This document shows, one piece after another, positions 11,721 to 27,100 of a DNA stretch of 64,000 nucleotides. Numbering within the stretch: position 1 is the stretch's first letter; every line of letters begins with the position of its first letter. The notes beneath the pieces were generated by a model. It saw nothing but the letters and a program-made list of their open reading frames with translations. It was not told the DNA's origin and ran no database searches. The DNA comes from Eledone cirrhosa. Its lineage: Eukaryota. The stretch lies in contig OZ024744.1 in NCBI GenBank assembly GCA_964016885.1, positions 120,218,001 to 120,282,000 on the forward strand, written 5' to 3'. Both the position numbers and the translations under genes were made by a program.

Positions 11721-14399
11721 CGGTGCTGTGATCTCTCAATTCAGAGATTCTTTCCTGAGATATTCTAAACACATGTCATAGTATCAGAGCTGTGATCTCT
11801 CAATTCAGAGATTCTTTCCTGAGACATTCAAACCACATGTCATAGTATTAGAGCTGTGATCTCTCAATTCTGAGATTCTTTCCTGAGACATTCTTACCAC
11901 ATGTCGTAGTATCAGAGCTGTGATCTCTCAATTTAGAGATTCTTTCCTGAGACATTCTAACCACATGTCATAGTATCAGAGCTGTGATCTCTCAATTCAG
12001 AGATTCTTTCCTGAGATATTCTAACCACATGTCATAGTATCAGAGCTGTGATATCTCAATTCAGAGATTCTTTCCTGAGACATTCTAATCACTTGTCATA
12101 GTATCAGAGCTGTGATCACTCAATTTAGATATTCTTTCCTGAGATATTCTAACCACATGTCATAGTATTAGAGCTGTGATCTCTCAATTCAGAGGTTCTT
12201 TCCTGAGACATTCTAACCACATGTCTGTAGTATCAGAGCTGTGATCTCTCAATTCAGAAATTCTTTCCTAGGACATTCTAACCACATTTCATAGTATCAG
12301 GGCTGTGATCTCTCAATTCAGAGATTCTTTCCTGAGACGTTCTAACCACATGTCATAGTATCAGAGCTGTGATCTCTTAATTTAGAGATTCTTTCATGAG
12401 ATATTCTAACCACATGTCATAGTATCAGAGCTGCGATCTCTCAATTCAGAGATTCTTTCCTGAGACGTTCTAACCACATGTCATAGTATCAGAGCTGTGA
12501 TCTCTCAATTCAGAGATTCTTTTCTGAGACATTCTAACCACATGTCATAGTATCAGTGCTTTGATATCTCAATTCAGAGATTCTTTCCTGAGATATTCTA
12601 ACCACATGTCATAGTATCAGATCTGTCAACTCTCAATTCAGAGATTCTTGCCTGAGACATTCTAACCACATGTCATAGTATCAGAGCTGTGATCTCTTAA
12701 TTTAGAGATTCTTTCATGAGATATTCTAACCACATGTCAAAGTATCAGATCTGTGATCTCTCAATTCAGAGATTCTTTCCTGAGACATTATAAACACATG
12801 TCATAGTATTAGAGCTGTGATTTCTCAATTCAGAGATTCTTTCCTGGGACATTCTAACCACATGTCATAGTATCAGAGCTGTGATCTCTCAATTCAGAGA
12901 TTCTTTCCTGAGACATTCTAACCACATGTCATAGTATTAGAGCTGTGATCTCTCAATTCAGAGATTCGTTCCTGAGACATACTTACCGCATGTCACAGTA
13001 TCAGAGCTGTAATCTCTCAATTTAGAGATTCTTTCCTGAGACATTCTAACCACATGTCATAGTATCAGAGCTGTGATCTCTCAATTCAGAGATTCTTTCC
13101 TGAGATATGCTAACCACATGTCATAGTATCAGATATGTGATCTCTCAATTCAGAGATTCTTTCCTGAGACATTCTAACTACATGTCATATTATCAGTACT
13201 GTGATCTCTCAATTCAGAGATTCTTTCCTGAGATATTCTAACCACATGTCATAGTGTAAGAGCTGTGATATCTCAATTCAGATATTCTTTCCTGAAACAT
13301 TCTAACCACATGTCATAGGATCAGAGTTGTGATCTCTCAATTCAGAGATTCTTTCCTGAGATATTCTACCACATGTCATAGAATCAGAGCTGTGATCTCT
13401 CAATTCAGAGATTCTTTCCTGAGATATTCTAACCACATGTCATAGTATCAGAGCTGTGATCTCTCAATTTAGATATTCTTTCCTGAGACATTCTAACCAC
13501 ATGTCATAGGATCAGAGTTGTGATCTCTCAATTCAGAGATTCTTGCCTGAGATATTCTAACCACATGTCATAGTATCAGAGCTGTGATCTCTCAATTCAG
13601 AGATTCTTTCCTGAGACATTGTTACCACATGTCATAGTATCAGAGCTGTGTTCTCACAATTTAGAGATTCTTTCCTGAGACATTCTAACCACATGTCATA
13701 GTATCAGAGCTGTGATCTCTCAATTTAGAGATTCTTTCCTCAGATATTCTAACCACATGTCATAATATCAGAGCTATGATCTCTCAATTCAGAGATTCTT
13801 TCCTGAGACATTCTAACCACATGTCTGTATTATCAGAGCTGTGATCTCTCAATTCAGAGATTCTTTCCTGATACATTCTAACCACATGTCATAGTATCAG
13901 AGCTGTGATCTGTCAATTTAGAGATTCGTTCCTGAGATATTCTCAACACATGTCAGAGGATCAGAGCTGTGATCTCTCAATTCAGAGATTCTTTCCTGAG
14001 ACATTCTAACCACATGTCATAGTTTCAGAGCTGTGATCTCTCAATTTAGAGATTCTTTCATGAGACATTCTAACCACATGTCATAGTATCAGAGCTGTGA
14101 TCTCTCAATTTTGAGATTCTTTCCTGAGATATTCTAAACACATGTCATAATATCAGTGCTATGATCTCTCAATTCAGAGATTCTTTCCTGAGACATTCTA
14201 ACCACATGTCATAGTATTAGAGCTGTGATCTCTCAATTCAGAGATTCTTTCCTGAGACATTCTAAACACATGTCATAGTATCAGAGCTGTGATCTCTCAA
14301 TTTAGAGATTCTTTCCTGAGATATTCTAATCACATGTCATAATATCAGAGCTATGATCTCTCAATTCAGAGATTCTTTCCTGAAACATTCTAACCACAT

Positions 14400-17300
14400 G
14401 TCATAGTATCAGAGCTGTGATCTCTCAATTCAGAGATTCTTTCCTGAGACATTCTAACCACGTCATAGTATCAGAGCTGTGATATCTCAACTCAGATATT
14501 CTTTCCTGATACATTCTAACCACATGTCATTGTATCAGAGCTGTGATCTCTCAATTCAGAGATTCTTTCCTGAGACATTCTAACCACGTCATAGTATCAG
14601 AGCTGTGATCTCTCAATTCAGAGATTCTTTCCTCAGACATTCTAACCACAACTCATAGTATCAGAGCTGTGATCTCTCAATTCAGAGATTCTTTCCTGAG
14701 ACATTCTAACCACATGTCATAGTATTAGAGCTGTGATCTCTCAATTCAGAGATTCTTTCCTGAGATATTCTCAACACATGTCAGAGGATCAGAGCTGTGA
14801 TCTCTCAATTCAGAGATTCTTGCCTGAGACATTCTAACCACATGTCATAGTATCAGGGCTGTGATATCTCAATTGAGAGATTCTTTCCTGAGATATTTTA
14901 ACCACATATCATAGTATCAGAACTGTCATCTCTCAATTCAGAGATTCTTTCCTGAGACATTCTAACCACATGTCATAGTATCAGAGCTGTGATCTCTCAA
15001 TTTAGAGATTCTTTCATGAGACATTTTAACCACATGTCATAGTATCAGAGCTGTGATCTCTCAATTTAGAGATTCTTTCCTGAGATATTCTAACCACATG
15101 TCATAATATCACGGCTATGATCTCTCAATTCAGAGATTCTTTCCTGAGACATTCTAACCACATGTCTGTATTATCAGAGCTGTGATCTCTCAATTCAGAG
15201 ATTCTCTCCTGATACATTCTAACCACATGTCATAGTATCAGAGCTGTGATCTCTCAATTTAGAGATTCTTTCATGAGATATTCTAACCACATGTCATAGT
15301 ATCAGAGCTGTGATCTCTCAATTCAGAGATTCTTTCCTGAGACATTCTAACCACATGTCATAGTATTAGATCTGTGATCTCTCAATTCAGAGATTCTTTC
15401 CTGAGACATTCTAAACACATGTCATAGTATCAGAGCTGTGATCTCTCAATTTAGAGATTCTTTCCTGAGATATTCTAATCACATGTCATAATATCAGAGC
15501 TATGATCTCTCAATTCAGAGATTCTTTCCTGAGACGTTCTAACCACATGTCTGTATTATCAGAGCTGTGATCTCTCAATTCAGAGATTCTTTCCTGATAC
15601 ATTCTAACCACATGTCATATTATCAGAGCTGTGATCTCTCAATTCAGAGATTCTTTCCTGAGACATTCTAACCACGTCATAGTATCAGAGCTGTGATATC
15701 TCAACTCAGAGATTTTTTCCTGATACATTCTAACCACATGTCATAGTATCAGAGCTGTGATCTCTCAATTCAGAGATTCTTTCCTGAGATATTCTCAACA
15801 CATGTCATAGTATCAGAGCTGTGATCTCTCAATTCAGAGATTCTTTCCTGAGACATTCTAACCACATGTCATAGTATCAGGGCTGTGATATCTCAATTGA
15901 GAGATTCTTTCCTGAGATATTTTAACCACATACCATATTATCAGAGCTGTCATCTCTCAATTCAGAGATTCTTTCCTGAGACATTCTAACCACATGTCAT
16001 AGTATCAGAGCTGTGATCTCTCAATTTAGAGATTCTTTCATGAGGTATTCTAACCACATGTCATAATATCAGAGCTATGATCTCTCAATTCAGAGATTCT
16101 TTCCTGAGATGTTCTAAACCCATATCTGTAGTATCAGAGCTGTGATCTCTCAATTCAGAGATTTTTTCCTGATACATTCTAACCACATGTCATAGTATTA
16201 GAGCTGTGATCTCTCAATTCAGAGATTCTTTCCTGAGACGTTCTAACCATGTCATAGTATCAGAGCTGTGATCTCTCAATTCAGAGATTCTTTCCTGAGA
16301 TATTCTCAACACATGTCAGAGGATCAGAGCTGTGATCTCTCAATTCAGAGATTCTTGCCTGAGACATTCTAACCACATGTCATAGTATCAGGGCTGTGAT
16401 ATCTCAATTGAGAGATTCTTTCCTGAGATATTTTAACCACATATCATAGTATCAGAGCTGTGATCTCTCAATTCAGAGATTCTTTCCTGAGACATTCTAA
16501 CCACATGTCATAGTATTAGATCTGTGATCTCTCAATTCAGAGATTCTTTCCTGAGACATTCTAAACACATGTCATAGTATCAGAGCTGTGATCTCTCAAT
16601 TTAGAGATTCTTTCCTGAGATATTCTAATCACATGTCATAGTATCAGAGCTGTGACCTCTCAATTCAGAGATTCTTTCCTGAGACATTCTAACCACGTCA
16701 TAGTATCAGAGCTGTGATATCTCAACTCAGATATTCTTTCCTGATACATTCTAACCACATGTCATTGTATCAGAGCTGTGATCTCTCAATTCAGAGATTC
16801 TTTCCTGAGACATTCTAACCACGTCATAGTATCAGAGCTGTGATCTCTCAATTCAGAGATTCTTTCCTCAGACATTCCAACCACATCTCATAGTATCAGA
16901 GCTGTGATCTCTCAATTCAGAGATTCTTTCCTGAGACATTCTAACCACATGTCATAGTATTAGAGCTGTCATCTCTCAATTCAGAGATTCTTTCCTGAGA
17001 TATTCTCAACACATGTCAGAGGATCAGAGCTGTGATCTCTCAATTCAGAGATTCTTGCCTGAGACATTCTAACCACATGTCATAGTATCAGGGCTGTGAT
17101 ATCTCAATTGAGAGATTCTTTCCTGAGATATTTTAACCACATATCATAGTATCAGAACTGTCATCTCTCAATTCAGAGATTCTTTCCTGAGACATTCTAA
17201 CCACATGTCATAGTATCAGAGCTGTGATCTCTCAATTTAGAGATTCTTTCATGAGACATTCTAACCACATGTCATAGTATCAGAGCTGTGATCTCTCAAT

Positions 17301-18870
17301 TTAGAGATTCTTTCCTGAGATATTCTAACCACATGTCATAATATCACGGCTATGATCTCTCAATTCAGAGATTCTTTCCTGAGACATTCTAACCACATGT
17401 CTGTATTATCAGAGCTGTGATCTCTCAATTCAGAGATTCTCTCCTGATACATTCTAACCACATGTCATAGTATCAGAGCTGTGATCTCTCAATTTAGAGA
17501 TTCTTTCATGAGATATTCTAACCACATGTCATAGTATCAGAGCTGTGATCTCTCAATTCAGAGATTCTTTCCTGAGACATTCTAACCACATGTCATAGTA
17601 TTAGATCTGTGATCTCTCAATTCAGAGATTCTTTCCTGAGACATTCTAAACACATGTCATAGTATCAGAGCTGTGATCTCTCAATTTAGAGATTCTTTCC
17701 TGAGATATTCTAATCACATGTCATAATATCAGAGCTATGATCTCTCAATTCAGAGATTCTTTCCTGAGACGTTCTAACCACATGTCTGTATTATCAGAGC
17801 TGTGATCTCTCAATTCAGAGATTCTTTCCTGATACATTCTAACCACATGTCATATTATCAGAGCTGTGATCTCTCAATTCAGAGATTCTTTCCTGAGACA
17901 TTCTAACCACGTCATAGTATCAGAGCTGTGATATCTCAACTCAGAGATTTTTTCCTGATACATTCTAACCACATGTCATAGTATCAGAGCTGTGATCTCT
18001 CAATTCAGAGATTCTTTCCTGAGATATTCTCAACACATGTCATAGTATCAGAGCTGTGATCTCTCAATTCAGAGATTCTTTCCTGAGACATTCTAACCAC
18101 ATGTCATAGTATCAGGGCTGTGATATCTCAATTGAGAGATTCTTTCCTGAGATATTTTAACCACATACCATATTATCAGAGCTGTCATCTCTCAATTCAG
18201 AGATTCTTTCCTGAGACATTCTAACCACATGTCATAGTATCAGAGCTGTGATCTCTCAATTTAGAGATTCTTTCATGAGGTATTCTAACCACATGTCATA
18301 ATATCAGAGCTATGATCTCTCAATTCAGAGATTCTTTCCTGAGATGTTCTAAACCCATATCTGTAGTATCAGAGCTGTGATCTCTCAATTCAGAGATTTT
18401 TTCCTGATACATTCTAACCACATGTCATAGTATTAGAGCTGTGATCTCTCAATTCAGAGATTCTTTCCTGAGACGTTCTAACCATGTCATAGTATCAGAG
18501 CTGTGATCTCTCAATTCAGAGATTCTTTCCTGAGATATTCTCAACACATGTCAGAGGATCAGAGCTGTGATCTCTCAATTCAGAGATTCTTGCCTGAGAC
18601 ATTCTAACCACATGTCATAGTATCAGGGCTGTGATATCTCAATTGAGAGATTCTTTCCTGAGATATTTTAAACACATATCATAGTATCAGAGCTGTGATC
18701 TCTCAATTCAGAGATTCTTTCCTGAGACATTCTAACTACATGTCATAGTATTAGATCTGTGATCTCTCAATTCAGAGATTCTTTCCTGAGACATTCTAAA
18801 CACATGTCATAGTATCAGAGCTGTGATCTCTCAATTTAGAGATTCTTTCCTGAGATATTCTAATCACATG
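14400..18870 (+). repeat. Higher-order tandem duplication, 2235-bp period (35 monomers), 2 near-identical copies
   Basis: ACGGCTATGA at 15111/17346 and TACCATATTA at 15931/18166, both +2235, with collinear variant order between them. Confidence 0.92.
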
Positions 18871-19829
18871 TCATAATATCAGAGCTATGATCTTTCAATT
18901 CAGAGATTCTTTCCTGAGACGTTCTAACCACATGTCTGTATTATCAGAGCTGTGATCTCTCAATTCAGAGATTCTTTCCTGATACATTCTAACCACATGT
19001 CATAGTATCAGTGCTGTGATCTCTCAATTCAGAGATTCTTTCCTGAGACATTCTAACCACGTCATAGTATCAGAGCTTTGATATCTCAACTCAGAGATTT
19101 TTTTCTGATACATTCTAACCACATGTCATAGTATCAGAGCTGTGATCTCTCAATTCAGAGATTCTTTCCTGAGATATTCTAACCACATGTCATAGAATCA
19201 GAGCTGTGATCTCTCAACTCAGAGATTCTTTCCTGAGATATTCTAACCACATGTCATAGTATCAGAGCTGTGATCTCTCAATTCAGATATTCTTTCCTGA
19301 GACATTCTAACCACATGTCATAGGATCAGAGTTGTGATCTCTCAATTTAGAGATTCTTTCCCGAGATATTCTAACCACATGTCATAGTATCAGAGCTGTG
19401 ATCTCTCAATTCAGAGATTCTTTCCTGAGACATTGTTACCACATGTCATAGTATCAGAGCTGTGTTCTCACAATTTAGAGATTCTTTCCTGAGACATTCT
19501 AACCACATGTCATAGTATCAGAGCTGTGATCTCTCAATTTAGAGATTCTTTCCTGAGACATTCTAACCACATGTCTGTATTATCAGAGTCGTGATCTCTC
19601 AATTCAGAGATTCTTTCCTGATACATTCTAACCACATGTCATAGTATCAGAGCTGTGATCTGTCAATTTAGAGATTCTTTCATGAGATATTCTAACCACA
19701 TGTCATAGTATCAGAGCTGTGATCTCTCAATTTAGAGTTTCTTTCCTGAGATATTCTAATCACATGTCATAATATCAGAGCTATGATCTCTCAATTCAGA
19801 GATTCTTTCCTGAGACATTCTAACCACAT

Positions 19830-21170
19830 GTCATAGTATCAGAGCTGTGATCTCTCAATTCAGAGATTCTTTCCTGAGAGATTCTAACCACGTCATAGTA
19901 TCAGAGCTGTGATATCTCAACTCAGAGATTCTTTCCTGATACATTCTAACCACATGTCATTGTATCAGAGCTGTGATCTCTCAATTCAGAGATTCTTTCC
20001 TGAGACATTCTAACCACGTCATAGTATCAGAGCTGTGATCTCTCAATTCAGAGATTCTTTCCTCAGACATTCTAACCACATCTCATAGTATCAGAGCTGT
20101 GATCTCTCAATTCAGAGATTCTTTCCTGAGACATTCTAACCACATGTCATAGTATTAGAGCTGTGATCTCTCAATTCAGAGATTCTTTCCTGAGATATTC
20201 TCAACACATGTCAGAGGATCAGAGCTGTGATCTCTCAATTCAGAGATTCTTGCCTGACACATTCTAACCACATGTCATAGTATCAGGGCTGTGATATCTC
20301 AATTGAGGGATTCTTTCCTGAGATATTTTAACCACATATCATAGTATCAGAGCTGTCATCTCTCAATTCAGAGATTCTTTCCTGAGACATTCTAACCACA
20401 TGTCATAGTATTAGAGCTGTGATCTCTCAATTCAGAGATTCTTTCCTGAGACATTCTAAACACATGTCATAGTATCAGAGCTGTGATCTCTCAATTTAGA
20501 GATTCTTTCCTGAGCTATTCTAATCACATGTCATAATATCAGAGCTATGATCTCTCAATTCAGAGATTCTTTCCTGAGACATTCTAACCACATGTCAGAG
20601 CTGTGATCTCTCAATTCAGAGATTCTTTCCTGAGACATTCTAACCACGTCATAGTATCAGAGCTGTGATATCTCAACTCAGAGATTCTTTCCTGATACAT
20701 TCTAACCACATGTCATTGTATCAGAGCTGTGATCTCTCAATTCAGAGATTCTTTCCTGAGACATTCTAACCGCGTCATAGTATCAGAGCTGTGATCTCTC
20801 AATTCAGAGATTCTTTCCTCAGACATTCTAACCACATCTCATAGTATCAGAGCTGTGATCTCTCAATTCAGAGATTCTTTCCTGAGACATTCTAACCACA
20901 TGTCATAGTATTAGAGCTGTGATCTCTCAATTCAGAGATTCTTTCCTGAGATATTCTCAACACATGTCAGAGGATCAGAGCTGTGATCTCTCAATTCAGA
21001 GATTCTTTCCTGAGACATTCTAACCACATGTCATAGTATCAGGGCTGTGATATCTCAATTGAGAGATTCTTTCCTGAGATATTTTAACCACATATCATAG
21101 TATCAGAGCTGTCATCTCTCAATTCAGAGATTCTTTCCTGAGACATTCTAACCACATGTCATAGGATCAG
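19830..21170 (+). repeat. 12-monomer (756-bp) tandem duplication
   Basis: TCAACACATGTCAGAGGATC at 20201/20957. The period equals 12x64 minus two 2-bp deletions and one 8-bp deletion visible in the unit. Confidence 0.75.
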
Positions 21171-24100
21171 AGCTGTGATCTCTCAATTTAGAGATTCTTT
21201 CATGAGACATTCTAACCACATGTCATAGTATCAGAGCTGTGATCTCTCAATTTAGAGATTCTTTCCTGAGATATTCTAACCACATGTCATAATATCAGAG
21301 CTATGATCTCTCAATTCAGAGATTCTTTCCTGAGACATTCTAACCACATGTCCGTATTATCAGAGCTGTGATCTCTCAATTCAGAGATTCTTTCCTGATA
21401 CATTCTAACCACATGTCATAGTATCAGAGCTGTGATCTCTTAATTTAGAGATTCTTTCATGAGATATTCTAACCACATGTCATAGTATCAGAGCTGTGAT
21501 CTCTTAATTCAGAGATTCTTTCCTGAGACATTCTAACCACATGTCATAGTATCAGAGCTGTGATCTCTCTATTAAGAGATTCTTGCCAGAGACATTCTAA
21601 GCAAATGTCATAGTATCAGAGCTGTCATCTCTCAATTCAGAGATTCTTTCCTGAGACATTCTAACCACATGTTATAGTATCAGAGCTGTGATCTCTCAAT
21701 TTAGAGATTCTTTCATGAGGTATTCTAACCACATGTCATAATATCAGAGCTATGATCTCTCAATTCAGAGATGCTTTCCTGAGACATTCTAACCACATGT
21801 CTGTATTATCAGAGCTGTGATCTCTCAATTCAGAGATTCTTTCCTGATACATTCTAACCACATGTCATAGTATCAGAGCTGTGATCTCTCAATTTAGAGA
21901 TTCTTTCATGAGATATTCTAACCACATGTCATAGTATCAGAGCTGTGATCTCTCAATTCAGAGATTCTTTCCTGAGACATTCTAACCACATGTAATAGTC
22001 TTAGATCTGTGATCTCTCAATTCAGAGATTCTTTCCTGAGACATTCTAAACACATGTCATAGTATCAGAGCTGTGATCTCTCAATTTAGAGATTCTTTCC
22101 TGAGATATTCTAATCACATGTCTGTATTATCAGAGCTGTGATCTCTCAATTCAGAGATTCTTTCCTGATACATTCTAACCACATGTCATAGTATCAGAGC
22201 TGTGATCTCTCAATTCAGAGATTCTTTCCTGAGACATTCTAACCACATGTCATAGTATCAGAGCTGTGATATCTCAACTCAGAGATTTTTTCCTGATACA
22301 TTCTAACCACATGTCATAGTATCAGAGCTGTGATCTCTCAATTCAGAGATTCTTTCCTGAGATATTCTCAACACATGTCACAGTATCAGAGCTGTGATCT
22401 CTCAATTCAGAGATTCTTTCCTGAGACATTCTAACCACATGTCATAGTATCAGGGCTGTGATATCTCAATTGAGAGATTCTTTCCTGAGATATTTTAACC
22501 ACATATCATAGTATCAGAGCTGTCATCTCTCAATTCAGAGATTCTTTCCTGAGACATTCTAACCACATGTCATAGTATCAGAGCTGTGATCTCTCAATTT
22601 CGAGATTCTTTCATGAGGTATTCTAACCACATGTCATAATATCAGTGCTATGATCTCTCAATTCAGAGATTCTTTCCTGAGATGTTCTAAACCCATATCT
22701 GTAGTATCAGAGCTGTGATCTCTCAATTCAGAGATTTTTTCCTGATACATTCTAACCACATGTCATAGTATCAGAGCTGTGATCTCTCAATTCAGAGATT
22801 CTTCCCTGAGACGTTCTAACCATGTCATAGTATCAGAGCTGTGATCTCTCAATTCAGAGATTCTTTCCTGAGAACTTCTAACCACATGTCTGTAGTATCA
22901 GAGCTGTGATCTCTGAATTCAGAGATTCTTTCCTGATATATTCTAACCACATGTCATAGTATAAGTGCTGTGATGTCTCAATTCAGAGATTCTTTCATGA
23001 GATATTCTAACCACATGTCATAGTATCAGAACTGTGATCTCTCAATTCAGAGATTCTTTCCTGGGATATTCTAACCACATGTCATAGTATCAGAGCTGTG
23101 TGCTCTCAATTCAGAGATTCTATCCTGAGACATTCTAACCACATGTCATATTATTTGAGCTGTGATCTCTCAATTCAGAGATTCTTTCCTGAGAAATTCT
23201 GACTCCATGTCCACAGTATCAGAGCTGTGATCTCTCAATTGAGAGATTCTTTCCTGAGATATTTTAACCACATATCATAGTATCAGAGCTGTCATCTCTC
23301 AATTCAGACATTCTTTCCTGAGACATTCTAACCACATGTCATAGTATTAGAGCTGTGATCTCTCAATTTAGAGATTCTTTCATGAGGTATTCTAACCACA
23401 TGTCATAATATCAGAGCTATGATCTCTCAATTCAGAGATTTTTTCCTGATACATTCTAACCACATGTCATAGTATCAGAGCTGTGATCTCTCAATTCAGA
23501 GATTCTTTCCTGAGACGTTCTAACCATGTCATAGTATCAGAGCTGTGATCTCTCAATTCAGAGATTCTTTCCTGAGAACTTCTAACCACATGTCTGTAGT
23601 ATCAGAGTTGTGATCTCTGAATTCAGAGATTCTTTCCTGATATATTCTAACCACATGTCATAATATCAGAGCTATGATCTCTCAATTCAGAGATTCTTTC
23701 CTGAGATGTTCTAACCCCATATCTGTAGTATCAGAGCTGTGATCTCTCAATTCAGAGATTTTTTCCTGATACATTCTAACCACATGTCATAGTATCAGAG
23801 CTGTGATCTCTTAATTTAGAGATTCTTTCATGAGATATTCTAACCACATGTCATAGTATCAGAGCTGTGATCTCTCAATTCAGAGATTCTTTCCTGAGAC
23901 ATTCTAACCACATGTCATAGTATCAGAGCTGTGATCTCTCAATTAAGAGATTCTTGCCTGAGACATTCTAAGCAAATGTCATAGTATCAGATCTGTCATC
24001 TCTCAATTCAGAGATTCTTTCCTGAGACATTCTAACCACATGTTATAGTATCAGAGCTGTGATCTCTCAATTTAGAGATTCTTTCATGAGGTATTCTAAC

Positions 24101-27100
24101 CACATGTCATAATATCAGAGCTATGATCTCTCAATTCAGAGATTCTTTCCTGAGACATTCTAACCCCATATCTGTAGTATAAGAGCTGTGATCTCTCAAT
24201 TCAGAGATTCTTTCCTGATACATTCTAACCACATGTCATAGTATCAGAGCTGTGATCTCTCAATTCAGAGATTCTTTCCTGAGACGTTCTAACCACGTCC
24301 CTGAGAACTTCTAACCACATGTCTGTAGTATCAGAGCTGTGATCTCTCAATTCAGAGATTCTTTCCTGAGACATTCTAACCACATGTCATAGTATTAGAG
24401 CTGTGATCTCTTAATTCAGAGATTCTTTCCTGAGACATTCTAACCACATGTCATAGTATCAGAGCTGTGATATCTCAATTCAGAGATTCTTTCCTGATAT
24501 ATTCTAACCACATGTCATAGTATCAGAGCTGTGATCTCTCAATTCAGAGATTCTTTCCTGAGAACTTCTAACCACATGTCTGTAGTATCAGAGTTGTGAT
24601 CTCTCAATTCAGAGATTCTTTCCTGAGATATTCTAATCACATGTAATAGTATTAGAGCTGTGATCTCTCAATTTAGAGATTCTTTCCTGAGACATTCTAA
24701 CCACATGTCTGTAGTATCAGAGCTGTATGCTCTCAATTCAGAGATTCTTTCCTGATACATTCTAACCACATGTCATAGTATCAGAGCTGTGATCTCTCAA
24801 TTCAGAGATTCTTTCCTGAGACGTTCTAACCACGTCCCTGAGAACTTCTAACCACATGTCTGTAGTATCAGAGCTGTGATCTCTCAATTCAGAGATTCTT
24901 TCCTGAGACATTCTAACCACATGTTATAGTATCAGAGCTGTGATCTCTCAATTCAGAGATTCTTTCCTGAGACATTCTAACTACATGTCATAGTATCAGT
25001 GCTGTGATCTCTCAATTCAGAGATTATTTCCTGAGATATTCTAACCTCATGTCATAATATCAGAGCTGTGATCTCCCAATTCAGAGATTCTTTCCTGGGA
25101 TATTCTAACCACATGTAATAGTATTAGAGCTGTGATCTCTCAATTTAGAGATTCTTTCCTGAGACATTCTAACCAAATGTCATATTATCAGGGCTGTGAT
25201 ATCTCAATTGAGAGATTCTTTCCTGAGATATTTTAACCACATATCATAGTATCAGAGCTGTCATCTCTCAATTCAGAGATTCTTTCCTGAGACATTCTAA
25301 CCACATGTTATAGTATCAGTGCTGTGATCTCTCAATTTAGAGATTCTTTAAATGAGGTATTCTAACCACATGTCATAATATCAGAGCCATGATCTCTCAA
25401 TTCAGAGATTCTTTCCTGAGACATTCTAACCCCATATCTGTAGTTTAAGAGCTGTGATCTCTCAATTCAGAGATTCTTTCCTGATACATTCTAACCACAT
25501 GTCATAGTATCAGAGCTGTGATCTCTCAATTCAGAGATTCTTTCCTGAGACATTCTAACCACGTCATTATATCAGAGCTGTGATCTCTCAATTCAGAGAT
25601 TCTTTCCTGAGAACTTCTAACCACATGTCTGTAGTATCAGAGCTGTGATCTCTCAATTCAGAGATTCTTTCCTGAGACATTCTAACCACATGTCATAGTA
25701 TTAGAGCTGTGATCTCTTAATTCAGAGATTCTTTCCTGAGACATTCTAACCACATGTCATAGTATCAGAGCTGTGATATCTCAATTCAGAGATACTTTCC
25801 TGATATATTCTAACCACATGTCATAGTATCAGAGCTGTGATCTCTCAATTCAGAGATTCTTTCCTGAGAACTTCTAACCACATGTCTGTAGTATCAGAGT
25901 TGTGATCTCTCAATTCAGAGATTTTTTCCTGAGATATTCTAACCACATGTAATAGTATTAGAGCTGTGATCTCTCAATTTAGAGATTCTTTCCTGAGACA
26001 TTCTAACCACATGTCATAGGATCAGATTTGTGATCTCTCAATTCAGAGATTCTTTCCTCAGATATTCTAACCACATGTCATAGTATCAGAGCTGTGATCT
26101 CTCAATTCAGTGATTCTTTCCTGAGACATTCTAACCACATATCTGTAGTATCAGAGCTGTGATCTCTCAATTCAGAGATTCTTTGCTGAGACATTCTAAC
26201 TATATGTCATAGTATCAGTGCTGTGATCTCTCAATTCAGAGATTCTTTCCTGAGATATTCTAACCTCATGTCATAGTATCAGAGCTGTGATCTCCCAATT
26301 CAGAGATTCTTTCCTGGGATATTCTAACCACATGTAATAGTATTAGAGCTGTGATCTCTCAATTTAGAGATTATTTCCTGAGACATTCTAACTCCATGTC
26401 CACAGTATCAGAGCTGTGATCTCTCAATTTAGAGATTCTTTCCTGAGATATTCTAACCACATGTCATATTATCAGGGCTGTGATATCTCAATTGAGACAT
26501 TCTTTCCTGAGATATTTTAACCACATATCATAGTATCAGAGCTGTCATCTCTCAATTCAGAGATTCTTCCCTGAGACATTCTAACCACATGTTATAGTAT
26601 CAGAGCTGTGATCTCTCAATTTAGAGATTCTTTCATGAGGTATTCTAACCACATGTCATAATATCAGAGCCATTATCTCTCAATTCAGAGATTCTTTCCT
26701 GAGACATTCTAACCCCATATCTGTAGTATAAGAGCTGTGATCTCTCAATTCAGAGATTCTTTCCTGATAAATTCTAACCACATGTCATAGTATCAGAGCT
26801 GTGATCTCTCAATTCAGAGATTCTTTCCTGAGACATTCTAACCACATGTCATAGTATTAGAGCTGTGATCTCTTAATTCAGAGATTCTTTCCTGAGACAT
26901 TCTAACCACATGTCATAGTATCAGAGCTGTGATATCTCAATTCAGAGATTCTTTCCTGATATATTCTAACCACATGTCATAGTATCAGAGCTATGGTCTC
27001 TCAATTCAGAGATTCTTTCCTGCGAACTTCTAACCACATGTCTGTAGTATCACAGTTGTGATCTCTCAATTCAGAGATTCTTTCCTGAGATATTCTAACC

